From positions 3,704,232-3,736,231 of the forward strand of contig NZ_CM001976.1 in assembly GCF_000406145.1 (NCBI RefSeq): 32,000 nt of DNA, read 5' to 3'. Position numbers and translations under genes: made by a program. Positions within the stretch are counted from its first letter, which is position 1, and each line of letters opens with the position of its first letter. Shown in pieces: positions 24,846-32,000 of the stretch. The notes beneath the pieces were generated by a model, which saw only the letters and a list, made by a program, of their open reading frames with translations, made no database searches and was not told the DNA's origin. This DNA comes from Dickeya dadantii NCPPB 898. Its GTDB lineage: Bacteria > Pseudomonadota > Gammaproteobacteria > Enterobacterales > Enterobacteriaceae.

Positions 24846-25113
24846 CTGCTTCCTCAGCGTTTCGGATCGACTTCGCTTTCCCCTCACCGTTTTTCATTGT
24901 TATCGGGTTCCGGCTTTATCGGTTTTTTACCGTCTCGAAAGTAAACGCTTACCCTTTGCTGGAGGCGGAGAATAATAGGCTTGTTCCGGTCTGGCTGATA
25001 AAACTCCTGATTATTTTCAGGGAAATTTATAAGATAAATTGCTGGATTCTCTGACGTGACTGTTCAATACTAAATTAATAATTCCGATTTAACATTAAGT
25101 TAACATTTCTCGC

Positions 25114-26319
25114 ATGTCTGCATCTACTACCACCACGGCCGGCCTGAGCCCGGCGCTAACGCTGTTAATGTCCGCCGCCACCGGGCTGGCGGTCGCCAGC
25201 AACTATTACGCCCAGCCGTTGCTGGACGCCATCGCCCAGGCATTCAGCCTGTCGGTTAATCAGGCCGGTTTTATCGTCACGGCGGCCCAGTTGGGTTATG
25301 CCTGCGGCCTGATGTTTCTGGTGCCGCTGGGCGACCGCTTCGAGCGCCGCGGTTTGATAGTCGGAATGACCCTGCTGGCGGCAGGCGGCATGCTGATTAC
25401 CGCCTCCGCCCCGTCGCTGTGGCTGATGGTGGCCGGCACCGCCATTACCGGCCTGTTCTCGGTCGTGGCGCAGATTCTGGTGCCGCTGGCCGCCACGCTG
25501 GCCTCGCCGGAAAGCCGCGGCAAGGTCGTCGGTACGATCATGAGCGGCCTGCTGCTGGGGATCCTGCTGGCCCGCACGTTGGCCGGCGCGCTGGCGTCGC
25601 TGGGGGACTGGCGCACGGTGTACTGGGTTGCCAGCCTGCTGATGACGGGAATGGCGTTGCTGATGTGGCGCGCGCTGCCGCGCTATCATCCGTCAACCAA
25701 CCTTAACTATCCACAGTTACTGATCTCCATCTTCCAGCTGTTCGGCAGTTCTCGCCCGCTACGTACCCGCGCGATTCTGGGCGCGCTCTCGTTCTCTAAT
25801 TTCAGCATCATGTGGACATCGATGGCATTCCTGCTCTCCGCTCCGCCTTACCACTACAGCGAGGGCGTGATCGGGTTATTCGGTCTGGCGGGCGCTGCCG
25901 GTGCCTTGTCCGCCAGCCGGGCCGGCCGTCTGGTGGATCAGGGTAAAGCCAAGCTCTCCACGACGGCGGGGTTGCTGCTGCTGGCGCTGTCCTGGCTGCC
26001 GATCGCCGCCGGCGTCAGCGCCATCGCACCGTTATTGATCGGCATCGTGGCGCTGGATATGGCGGTACAGGGGTTGCATGTCACCAACCAGAGCGCGATT
26101 TACCGTATGTTGCCGGACGCGCGCAACCGTCTGACCGCCGGTTACATGACCAGCTATTTTATCGGCGGCGCCCTCGGCTCGCTGATTTCCGCCTATGCTT
26201 ACCAGCATTTCGGCTGGCTGGGAGTATCGGGAGCCGGAGGCGCTCTAAGCCTGCTTGCACTCCTGGTCTGGTGGCAAAACCATCATCATGAATCTTCGCA
26301 ACCGGAGACGCACGGATGA
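25114..26319 (+). CDS. MFS transporter, 12-TM, unknown substrate (occupies the position of ygaY in the E. coli proX-ygaZ interval)
   Basis: A 401-aa polytopic protein with the MFS loop 2-3 motif (LVPLGDRFERRGL). No Shine-Dalgarno sequence is visible before ATG 25114, so the start is uncertain (the alternative is M19 at 25168). Confidence 0.8.
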   Translation: MSASTTTTAGLSPALTLLMSAATGLAVASNYYAQPLLDAIAQAFSLSVNQAGFIVTAAQLGYACGLMFLVPLGDRFERRGLIVGMTLLAAGGMLITASAPSLWLMVAGTAITGLFSVVAQILVPLAATLASPESRGKVVGTIMSGLLLGILLARTLAGALASLGDWRTVYWVASLLMTGMALLMWRALPRYHPSTNLNYPQLLISIFQLFGSSRPLRTRAILGALSFSNFSIMWTSMAFLLSAPPYHYSEGVIGLFGLAGAAGALSASRAGRLVDQGKAKLSTTAGLLLLALSWLPIAAGVSAIAPLLIGIVALDMAVQGLHVTNQSAIYRMLPDARNRLTAGYMTSYFIGGALGSLISAYAYQHFGWLGVSGAGGALSLLALLVWWQNHHHESSQPETHG

Positions 26320-26418
26320 CGCCCCGCCGCCGCCCGACTGACGGTAAAACGCTATCGCTGGCGGCGGTTTACGCCTATGATGTTGTTTTTTCAACCAGTA
26401 TATTCTTTCAATTCGTGG

Positions 26419-27180
26419 ATGAGCCCAAACACCGTGAATTCCGTTTCTTCCAGCCAGGCTGATGCTCGCACGACGGCCGACGCCTCGTTTGCCAGCGGCC
26501 TGTTTGACAGCCTGCCTATCGTCATCGGTTATGTACCGGTGGCGTTCGCCTTTGGCCTGAACGCCGTCAAACTGGGTTTCACGCCGCTGGAAGCCATCTT
26601 TCTTTCCTGCATCATTTACGCCGGCGCCAGCCAATTCGTCATCACCGCGCTACTGAGCGCAGGCGCGTCTATCTGGGTGGCGGCATTGACCGTGATGGCG
26701 ATGGACGTGCGCCATGTGCTGTACGGCCCGTCGCTGCGGCGACGCATTATGCAACGATTGCCGACCGGCAAGACCGCCTGGTGGGCATTCGGACTGACCG
26801 ATGAAGTGTTCGCCGCCGCGACGGCGCGGCTGGCGCGAGATAACCGGCGCTGGAGCGAGCCCTGGATGTTGGGGGTAGCGTTGAGCGCCTGGCTGTCGTG
26901 GGTCGCCGGCACCGTGATCGGCGCTGTATTCGGCAACGGTCCGCTGGAGGGTTACCCCGCGGTCGAAGCCGCACTGGCGTTTATGCTGCCGGCGCTGTTT
27001 CTGAGTTTTCTGCTCGCGTCGTTCAGGCGCCGTCAGAGCCTGGTGGTCGCCGCCGCGCTGGGCGGCGCCTGTTTGGGACTGCTGGTATCGTCCATCCCGG
27101 CCGCCATTCTGATCGGCATCGGCGGCGGTTGTCTGGCATCGCTGTATCAACCGGCATCAGTAAAGGAAGAAACGCGATGA
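26419..27180 (+). CDS. ygaZ: AzlC-family branched-chain amino acid (L-valine) exporter, large subunit
   Basis: ...[50 protein letters not shown]...[15 protein letters not shown]... is colinear with E. coli YgaZ. The start is ambiguous (26377, 26380 or 26419); 26419 gives the E. coli-like length. Confidence 0.85.
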   Translation: MSPNTVNSVSSSQADARTTADASFASGLFDSLPIVIGYVPVAFAFGLNAVKLGFTPLEAIFLSCIIYAGASQFVITALLSAGASIWVAALTVMAMDVRHVLYGPSLRRRIMQRLPTGKTAWWAFGLTDEVFAAATARLARDNRRWSEPWMLGVALSAWLSWVAGTVIGAVFGNGPLEGYPAVEAALAFMLPALFLSFLLASFRRRQSLVVAAALGGACLGLLVSSIPAAILIGIGGGCLASLYQPASVKEETR

Positions 27181-27518
27181 ATACTTCAGTATTATTGATT
27201 GGTTTACTGGTGGGAACAGTTAACTTCCTGTTCCGATACCTGCCGCTGCGGTTGGGCGCAGGCCGGACGTCCGGTAACCTGCGGCGGGGCAGAACCGCCC
27301 TGCTGCTCGACAGCATCGGCATTGCGTCGATTTGTGCGCTGCTGGTGGTATCCACCCTGCCGGATATCATGCAGCACACGGAAAGACTGTTACCAACGCT
27401 GGCGGGGTTCGCCCTGCTGACGCTTTGTTTTTACAAAACCCGCAGCATCGTACTATCAACGCTGCTGGGCGCGCTGTGCTACGGCATAGTATTTAAATGG
27501 TTTCAGACGATGGCCTGA
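27177..27518 (+). CDS. ygaH: AzlD-family L-valine exporter, small subunit
   Basis: [26 protein letters not shown]...[19 protein letters not shown] is colinear with E. coli YgaH. The ATG overlaps the ygaZ stop as ATGA (27177..27180). Confidence 0.85.
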   Translation: MNTSVLLIGLLVGTVNFLFRYLPLRLGAGRTSGNLRRGRTALLLDSIGIASICALLVVSTLPDIMQHTERLLPTLAGFALLTLCFYKTRSIVLSTLLGALCYGIVFKWFQTMA

Positions 27519-27634
27519 CCATAATCAGCCAACGTCACTCGCACAGCCAAAAGACAATAAACGGCAACAGACCGTACCACCTGCACATATTTCGACCAGT
27601 GACAAAATAAGCACTAATCGACAAGTTTCTCGCA

Positions 27635-27663
27635 TTTACCTAATTAGTAACATTAGTTACTAT
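27635..27663 (+). promoter_or_regulatory. Predicted mprA-emrAB promoter with an embedded MarR-type operator
   Basis: TTTACC, 17 nt, then TACTAT. The spacer/-10 region holds a perfect inverted repeat TAGTAAC-atta-GTTACTA (27645..27662). Confidence 0.5.
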
Positions 27664-27692
27664 GCAGGTCGTGATTAATAAGGTTGCCATCT

Positions 27693-28205
27693 ATGGAAAG
27701 TTCATTCGCCCCAATTGAAGACATGCTGCGTATGCGGGCTTCGCGCCGCCCGGATTTCCCTTATCGTGAAGTCCTGCTGCTGCGTTTGTTCCTGCATATG
27801 CAAACCAAAATACTGGAACACCGTAACCGTATGCTGAAAGAACAGGACATCAATGAAACCCTGTTCATGGCACTGCTGACGCTGGAATCGCAGGAAAATT
27901 ATTGCATTCAGCCTTCCGAACTGAGCGCTGCGCTCGGCTCCTCGCGCACCAACGCCACCCGCATCGCGGATGAACTGGAAAAGCGCGGTTGGATCGAACG
28001 GCGTGAAAGCGACAGCGACCGCCGCTGTCTGTACCTGTACATGACCGAGAAAGGCAAAGCCTTTCTGGATGAACTGCTGCCGCCTCAGCACCGAAGCCTG
28101 AATATTCTCTGCTCCGCCCTTGAAGACAGTGAAAGAGATCAGTTGGAAGTGCTGATGCGCAAGCTGTTACAGCGTCTTGATGAAATGGATCAGGACGGCA
28201 TTTAA
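27693..28205 (+). CDS. mprA: MarR-family repressor of the EmrAB efflux pump
   Basis: [112 protein letters not shown]... is near-identical in layout to E. coli MprA/EmrR. Confidence 0.95.
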   Translation: MESSFAPIEDMLRMRASRRPDFPYREVLLLRLFLHMQTKILEHRNRMLKEQDINETLFMALLTLESQENYCIQPSELSAALGSSRTNATRIADELEKRGWIERRESDSDRRCLYLYMTEKGKAFLDELLPPQHRSLNILCSALEDSERDQLEVLMRKLLQRLDEMDQDGI

Positions 28206-28245
28206 CGCCCGTCGCCATTCCTGACAGAGACCACCGCCATCGTTG

Positions 28246-28289
28246 CCTGCAAACCTCATTAGTTTGCAGGTAGTGCCGTGCTTTTTTTT
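28246..28289 (+). terminator. Stem-loop plus T8 tract between mprA and emrA (possible partial terminator/attenuator)
   Basis: cctgcaaac-ctcatta-gtttgcagg is a 9-bp stem. T8 (28282..28289) follows 11 nt later and is itself followed by A8. The gap between stem and U-tract is atypical for an intrinsic terminator. Confidence 0.3.
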
Positions 28290-28379
28290 AAAAAAAACCG
28301 TCACCGCACGATACCGCCATGAAAGGCAATCAAAGGCCATGAAAGGCCGAAAAAAAAGAAATTTAACTGGGAGAGAACC

Positions 28380-29555
28380 ATGAGTGCCAACGTGGAAAAG
28401 CAGACTCCACCAACTATGCCATCGAAATCCAAAAAATCGCGTAAAGGAATTCTCACGCTGCTGATGATTGTGTTTTTCTTTATTGGCTGTGTGTGGTTTG
28501 CCTACTGGTATTTGGTGTTGCGGCACCATCAGGAAACCGACGACGCCTATGTCGCCGGCAACCAGATTCAAATTATGTCGCAGGTTAACGGCAGCGTCGC
28601 CCGCGTCAACGTCGACAACACCGACTTCGTTAAAAAAGGCGACGTGCTGGTGGAGCTTGACCCAACCGACGCCGAGCAAGCCTTTGAACGCTCGAAAACC
28701 ACGTTGGCCAATAGCGTGCGCCAGGTTCATCAGCAGATGATCAACGTCCGTCAGTACCAAGCCAACATCGACCTGCAGCAGATTGCGCTGGACAAAGCTA
28801 TCAGCGACTTGAACCGCCGTGAAGTGCTGGGGCGAGCCAATGCTATCGGCCGGGAAGACCTGCAACACGCGCGCGACCAGGTCGCCAGCGCCAGAGCGTC
28901 GCTGGAAGCGGCCAAACAGCAGTATGCCGCCACTCAGGCGCTGGTGCTGAATACTTCATTAGAGCAGCAACCCGCCATTGCCCAGGCTGCTACTGACCTG
29001 CGCAACGCCTGGCTGGCGCTCAAACGTACCCATATCGTCAGCCCGGTGGATGGCTATGTCTCCCGCCGCAGCGTGCAGTTAGGCGCGCGCGTCACCCCGT
29101 CGTCCGCTCTGATGGCGGTGGTACCGGCCGCTCCGCTGTGGGTCGACGCCAACTTTAAGGAAACCCAACTGGCCAACATGCGCATCGGCCAGCCGGCGAC
29201 CATCATTAGCGACCTGTATGGCGACAGCGTGGTGTACAAAGGCAAGGTGGTAGGCCTGGACATGGGAACCGGCAGCGCGTTCTCGCTGCTGCCGGCCCAG
29301 AACGCCACCGGTAACTGGATCAAGGTCGTGCAGCGCCTGCCGGTACGTATCGAACTGGATCCGAAGCAACTGACCGATTATCCGTTGCGCATCGGCTTGT
29401 CGACGCTGGTTAAAGTGGATACCGCCAATACCGACGGCAAGGTGCTGTCCGATGCATCCCGTGCAACACCGGCATACCAGAGTGATGCGCTGGATCTGGA
29501 TCTGTCGCCCGTCAACCAGATGATCGACCAGATCATCGGCGCCAACGCTGGCTAA
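28380..29555 (+). CDS. emrA: Multidrug efflux MFS pump periplasmic adaptor (HlyD/MFP family)
   Basis: MSANVEKQTPP...LRHHQETDDAYVAGNQIQIMSQVNGSV...GLDMGTGSAFSLLPAQNATGNWIKVVQRLPVRIELD is colinear with E. coli EmrA. GGGAGAG lies 5-6 nt upstream. Confidence 0.95.
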   Translation: MSANVEKQTPPTMPSKSKKSRKGILTLLMIVFFFIGCVWFAYWYLVLRHHQETDDAYVAGNQIQIMSQVNGSVARVNVDNTDFVKKGDVLVELDPTDAEQAFERSKTTLANSVRQVHQQMINVRQYQANIDLQQIALDKAISDLNRREVLGRANAIGREDLQHARDQVASARASLEAAKQQYAATQALVLNTSLEQQPAIAQAATDLRNAWLALKRTHIVSPVDGYVSRRSVQLGARVTPSSALMAVVPAAPLWVDANFKETQLANMRIGQPATIISDLYGDSVVYKGKVVGLDMGTGSAFSLLPAQNATGNWIKVVQRLPVRIELDPKQLTDYPLRIGLSTLVKVDTANTDGKVLSDASRATPAYQSDALDLDLSPVNQMIDQIIGANAG

Positions 29556-29572
29556 CCCCAGAGGAGAGCAGC

Positions 29573-31105
29573 GTGACAAGAAAACCACTTGAGGGCATGA
29601 CGCTGGCTCTGATGACGATCGCCCTGTCACTGGCGACGTTCATGCAGGTGCTGGACTCGACAATTGCCAACGTAGCTATTCCGACCATCGCCGGCAATCT
29701 CGGCGCGTCCAACTCACAGGGCACCTGGGTCATCACGTCTTTCGGGGTGGCAAACGCCATCTCCATCCCCATCACCGGCTGGCTAGCCAAACGATTCGGC
29801 GAGGTGCGCCTGTTTATCTGGGCCACCGTGCTGTTCACCCTGACTTCCTGGCTGTGCGGCATGTCCACCAGCCTGGAGATGCTGATCGTCTCCCGTATGC
29901 TGCAAGGTCTGGTCGCCGGTCCGATCATTCCACTGTCCCAAAGCCTGCTGCTGAATAACTACCCGCCGGCCAAACGAGGTATTGCGCTGGCGTTGTGGTC
30001 AATGACGGTGGTGGTTGCCCCGATCTTCGGCCCGATCCTCGGCGGCTGGATCAGCGACAACTACCACTGGGGATGGATCTTCTTTATTAACGTACCGCTA
30101 GGCATCGTAGTGGTATTGATCACCCTGCAGACACTGCGCGGGCGCGAAACCAAAACCGAAATCCGCCCCATCGACACGATTGGGTTAGTACTGCTGGCGG
30201 CGGGTATTGGCTGCCTGCAGATGATGCTGGACCGCGGCAAAGAACTGGACTGGTTTAATTCGACGGAAATCGTGGTGCTGGCGGTAGTCGCCGTGGTATC
30301 GCTAACCGTGCTGGTGGTCTGGGAGCTGACCGACGACCACCCGGTGGTCGATCTGTCGCTGTTCAAGATGCGCAATTTTACCATCGGCTGCCTGTGCACC
30401 AGTCTGGCGTTCATGCTCTATTTCGGCGCTATCGTACTGTTGCCGCAGTTGCTGCAGGTCGTGTTCGGCTATACCGCCACCTGGGCCGGGCTGGCTTCCG
30501 CACCCGTGGGCCTGATGCCGGTGATACTCTCGCCGCTCATCGGGCGGTTCATGCATAAGCTCGATATGCGCCGTCTGGTGACGTTCAGCTTTATCATGTA
30601 CGCGGTCTGCTTCTACTGGCGCGCCTACACCTTTGAGCCGGCAATGGATTTCGGCGCGTCCGCCTGGCCCCAATTCGTGCAAGGGTTTGCCGTGGCCTGT
30701 TTCTTTATGCCGCTGACCACCATCACGCTCTCCGGCCTGCCGCCGGAACGAATGGCGGCCGCCTCCAGCCTGTCGAACTTTGCCCGTACGCTGGCGGGTT
30801 CCATCGGCACGTCGATCACCACCACATTGTGGGAGCGCCGGGAAGCGTTGCACCACGAACAGCTTAGCGAGGCGATCAATCCCTACAATCCGCTGGCACA
30901 GCAGACTTATCAGCAACTGGAAGCGATGGGCATGAGTCAACAGCAGGTATCCAGCTATCTGGCTCAGCAGATCACGGCACAGGGGCTGATTATTGGCGCC
31001 AACGAAATCTTCTGGCTGTCGGCCGGGGTTTTCGTCGTGCTGATCGTGCTGGTGTGGTTCGCCAAACCGCCGTTCGGCAGTCACTCGGCCGGCGGCGCGC
31101 ACTGA
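29573..31105 (+). CDS. emrB: Multidrug efflux MFS pump, 14-TM DHA2 family
   Basis: GTG start with GAGGAG at 29561..29566. ...MTIALSLATFMQVLDSTIANVAIPTIAGNLGAS.SQGTWVITSFGVANAISIP.TGWLAKR.GEV is colinear with E. coli EmrB to the C-terminus. Confidence 0.95.
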   Translation: MTRKPLEGMTLALMTIALSLATFMQVLDSTIANVAIPTIAGNLGASNSQGTWVITSFGVANAISIPITGWLAKRFGEVRLFIWATVLFTLTSWLCGMSTSLEMLIVSRMLQGLVAGPIIPLSQSLLLNNYPPAKRGIALALWSMTVVVAPIFGPILGGWISDNYHWGWIFFINVPLGIVVVLITLQTLRGRETKTEIRPIDTIGLVLLAAGIGCLQMMLDRGKELDWFNSTEIVVLAVVAVVSLTVLVVWELTDDHPVVDLSLFKMRNFTIGCLCTSLAFMLYFGAIVLLPQLLQVVFGYTATWAGLASAPVGLMPVILSPLIGRFMHKLDMRRLVTFSFIMYAVCFYWRAYTFEPAMDFGASAWPQFVQGFAVACFFMPLTTITLSGLPPERMAAASSLSNFARTLAGSIGTSITTTLWERREALHHEQLSEAINPYNPLAQQTYQQLEAMGMSQQQVSSYLAQQITAQGLIIGANEIFWLSAGVFVVLIVLVWFAKPPFGSHSAGGAH

Positions 31106-31142
31106 TTTACGAGCCGAACGACATAAGCTAAAGCACAAAAGC

Positions 31143-31170
31143 AAAAAAGGTGGCCAAAGCCACCTTTTTT
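31143..31170. terminator. Bidirectional rho-independent terminator between emrB and the convergent methyltransferase gene
   Basis: aaaaaaggtggc-caaa-gccacctttttt has A6 on the 5' side and T6 on the 3' side, so a U-tract follows the stem on both strands. Confidence 0.9.
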
Positions 31171-31190
31171 ATTCCCTCGCCGAACGGGAC

Positions 31191-32000
31191 TTAGCCGTGA
31201 TTCTGCCGCCACCATTCCGCCAGCAGGATCCCGGTCGCCACCGAGATATTCAGGCTTTCCACATTACCGGTGCCGTCAATCGACACTTTGACGTCGCCCT
31301 GCTGCCAGGCGCTGTCAGACAAGCCATCCCCTTCCTGCCCCAGCACAATCACCGTTTTGGCAGGCAGCGAGACTTTCGATAAGGTCGTGCCTTTGTGACT
31401 GGAGGTGGTGACGATGGTGTAACCGGCGGCGCGGAACTGCGCCAGCGCATCGACCAGACCATCAGCGCTGATCGCTTTCACATGCTCGGCACCGCCTTCC
31501 GCCGTGCGCACCGCCGCGCCGGATTCCAGCTGCGCGGCGTCATTCACCAGTAAGCCTTTCACGCCGAAATGGGCGCAGCTACGCATGATGCCGCCCAGAT
31601 TATGCGGATTGCCGACATCTTCCAGCGCCAGCACGCAGTCGGTATCCCCGGCTTCGCTCAGATACGCCGCCACATCCAGACCATGGCGTTTCTTGATCAG
31701 GAAACACACGCCGCCGTGATGCTCAGTACCGGACGCGCGAACCAGCTCGTCGTCTTCCACCACGTGGTAAGCCTTGCGGTTGGCCGCCATCCAGCGCAGC
31801 GCTTCACGAAAACGCGGCGTGACTTCCTGCAGGAACCAACCGCGCACAATCGCTTCCGGACGACTCAGGAACAGCGCCTGACAGGCGTTTTCTCCGTAGA
31901 CGCGGGTTTCTTCCGACCGCTGGCGACGAATCTGTTCCGGATCGATCTGGCTTTTGCCGCTGATGCCGCCGTGATCCGGCTCTTCTCCCGGTGCACGCGA
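31191..32000 (-). CDS. yfiF: SpoU/TrmH-family RNA 2'-O-methyltransferase, C-terminal ~269 codons (5' end outside the window)
   Basis: The frame is open from 32000 down to the stop at 31191. SPOUT motifs are present ([37 protein letters not shown]). ...[30 protein letters not shown] resembles E. coli YfiF as recalled. The M at 31847 in the track is an internal GTG. Confidence 0.75.
   Translation of the reverse strand, partial: SRAPGEEPDHGGISGKSQIDPEQIRRQRSEETRVYGENACQALFLSRPEAIVRGWFLQEVTPRFREALRWMAANRKAYHVVEDDELVRASGTEHHGGVCFLIKKRHGLDVAAYLSEAGDTDCVLALEDVGNPHNLGGIMRSCAHFGVKGLLVNDAAQLESGAAVRTAEGGAEHVKAISADGLVDALAQFRAAGYTIVTTSSHKGTTLSKVSLPAKTVIVLGQEGDGLSDSAWQQGDVKVSIDGTGNVESLNISVATGILLAEWWRQNHG

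Noticed and set aside
24824-25054. A 76-aa partly hydrophobic ORF between proX and the MFS gene.
   Set aside because: The start codon lies inside the proX terminator hairpin, there is no RBS, and no family is recognised. A small membrane protein cannot be formally excluded without ribosome profiling.
1-32000. A search for mobile elements, defence systems, toxin-antitoxin pairs, CRISPR, tRNA/rRNA and prophage remnants.
   Set aside because: No transposase, integrase or recombinase-like ORFs, no terminal inverted repeats or att-like direct repeats, no cas, restriction or abortive-infection-like domains, and no cloverleaf-capable tRNA-like segments were noticed. All large ORFs are accounted for by metabolic, transport or regulatory functions.

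Overview
The window is a high-GC (about 58-62% in genes) Enterobacterales chromosomal segment. All identifications come from reading the ORF translations against E. coli and Klebsiella proteins recalled from memory; no search was run. Gene order, left to right:

1. **Methionine salvage.** The start of mtnC and all of mtnB lie on the minus strand. They are divergent from an overlapping ybdL-like aminotransferase / yafV-like omega-amidase pair.
2. **Ureide (allantoin/allantoate/oxalurate) nitrogen-scavenging cluster, about 17.5 kb.** Its content and order match the Klebsiella hpx system:
   - hpxFGHIJK: ABC importer, ureidoglycine aminotransferase, allantoate amidohydrolase.
   - hpxU: RpiR regulator.
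   - hpxWXYZ: GGT-like oxamate amidohydrolase, a 65-aa protein, an amidase-signature enzyme and an NTF2-like protein.
   - hpxSAB: GntR regulator, allantoin racemase, PuuE-type allantoinase.
   - hpxC: NCS1 permease.
   - An appended allophanate hydrolase plus a second GntR regulator.
3. **A roughly 790 bp AT-rich, G-poor non-coding tract**, followed by the E. coli-like block proVWX, MFS transporter, ygaZH, mprA-emrAB.
4. **The 3' part of a convergent SpoU/TrmH methyltransferase** (yfiF-like).

I found no rRNA, tRNA, CRISPR array, transposase, integrase or recognisable defence genes.

The points most worth follow-up are:
- hpxXYZ plus the nearby orphan allophanate hydrolase together resemble the AtzG/AtzE/AtzH/AtzF cyanuric-acid lower pathway, placed in a purine-nitrogen context.
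- Four sigma54-type -24/-12 promoters sit in front of the nitrogen-releasing operons, with no enhancer-binding protein encoded locally.
- A TTGTATACAA GntR-type operator motif recurs and links the allophanate hydrolase to the allantoin genes.
- Several leader and intergenic structures stand out: the emrA leader mini-ORF cascade, MarR-type inverted repeats, and the long proU upstream tract.

These are hypotheses from sequence reading. This looks like a mostly ordinary metabolic/transport region rather than an obvious novel island.
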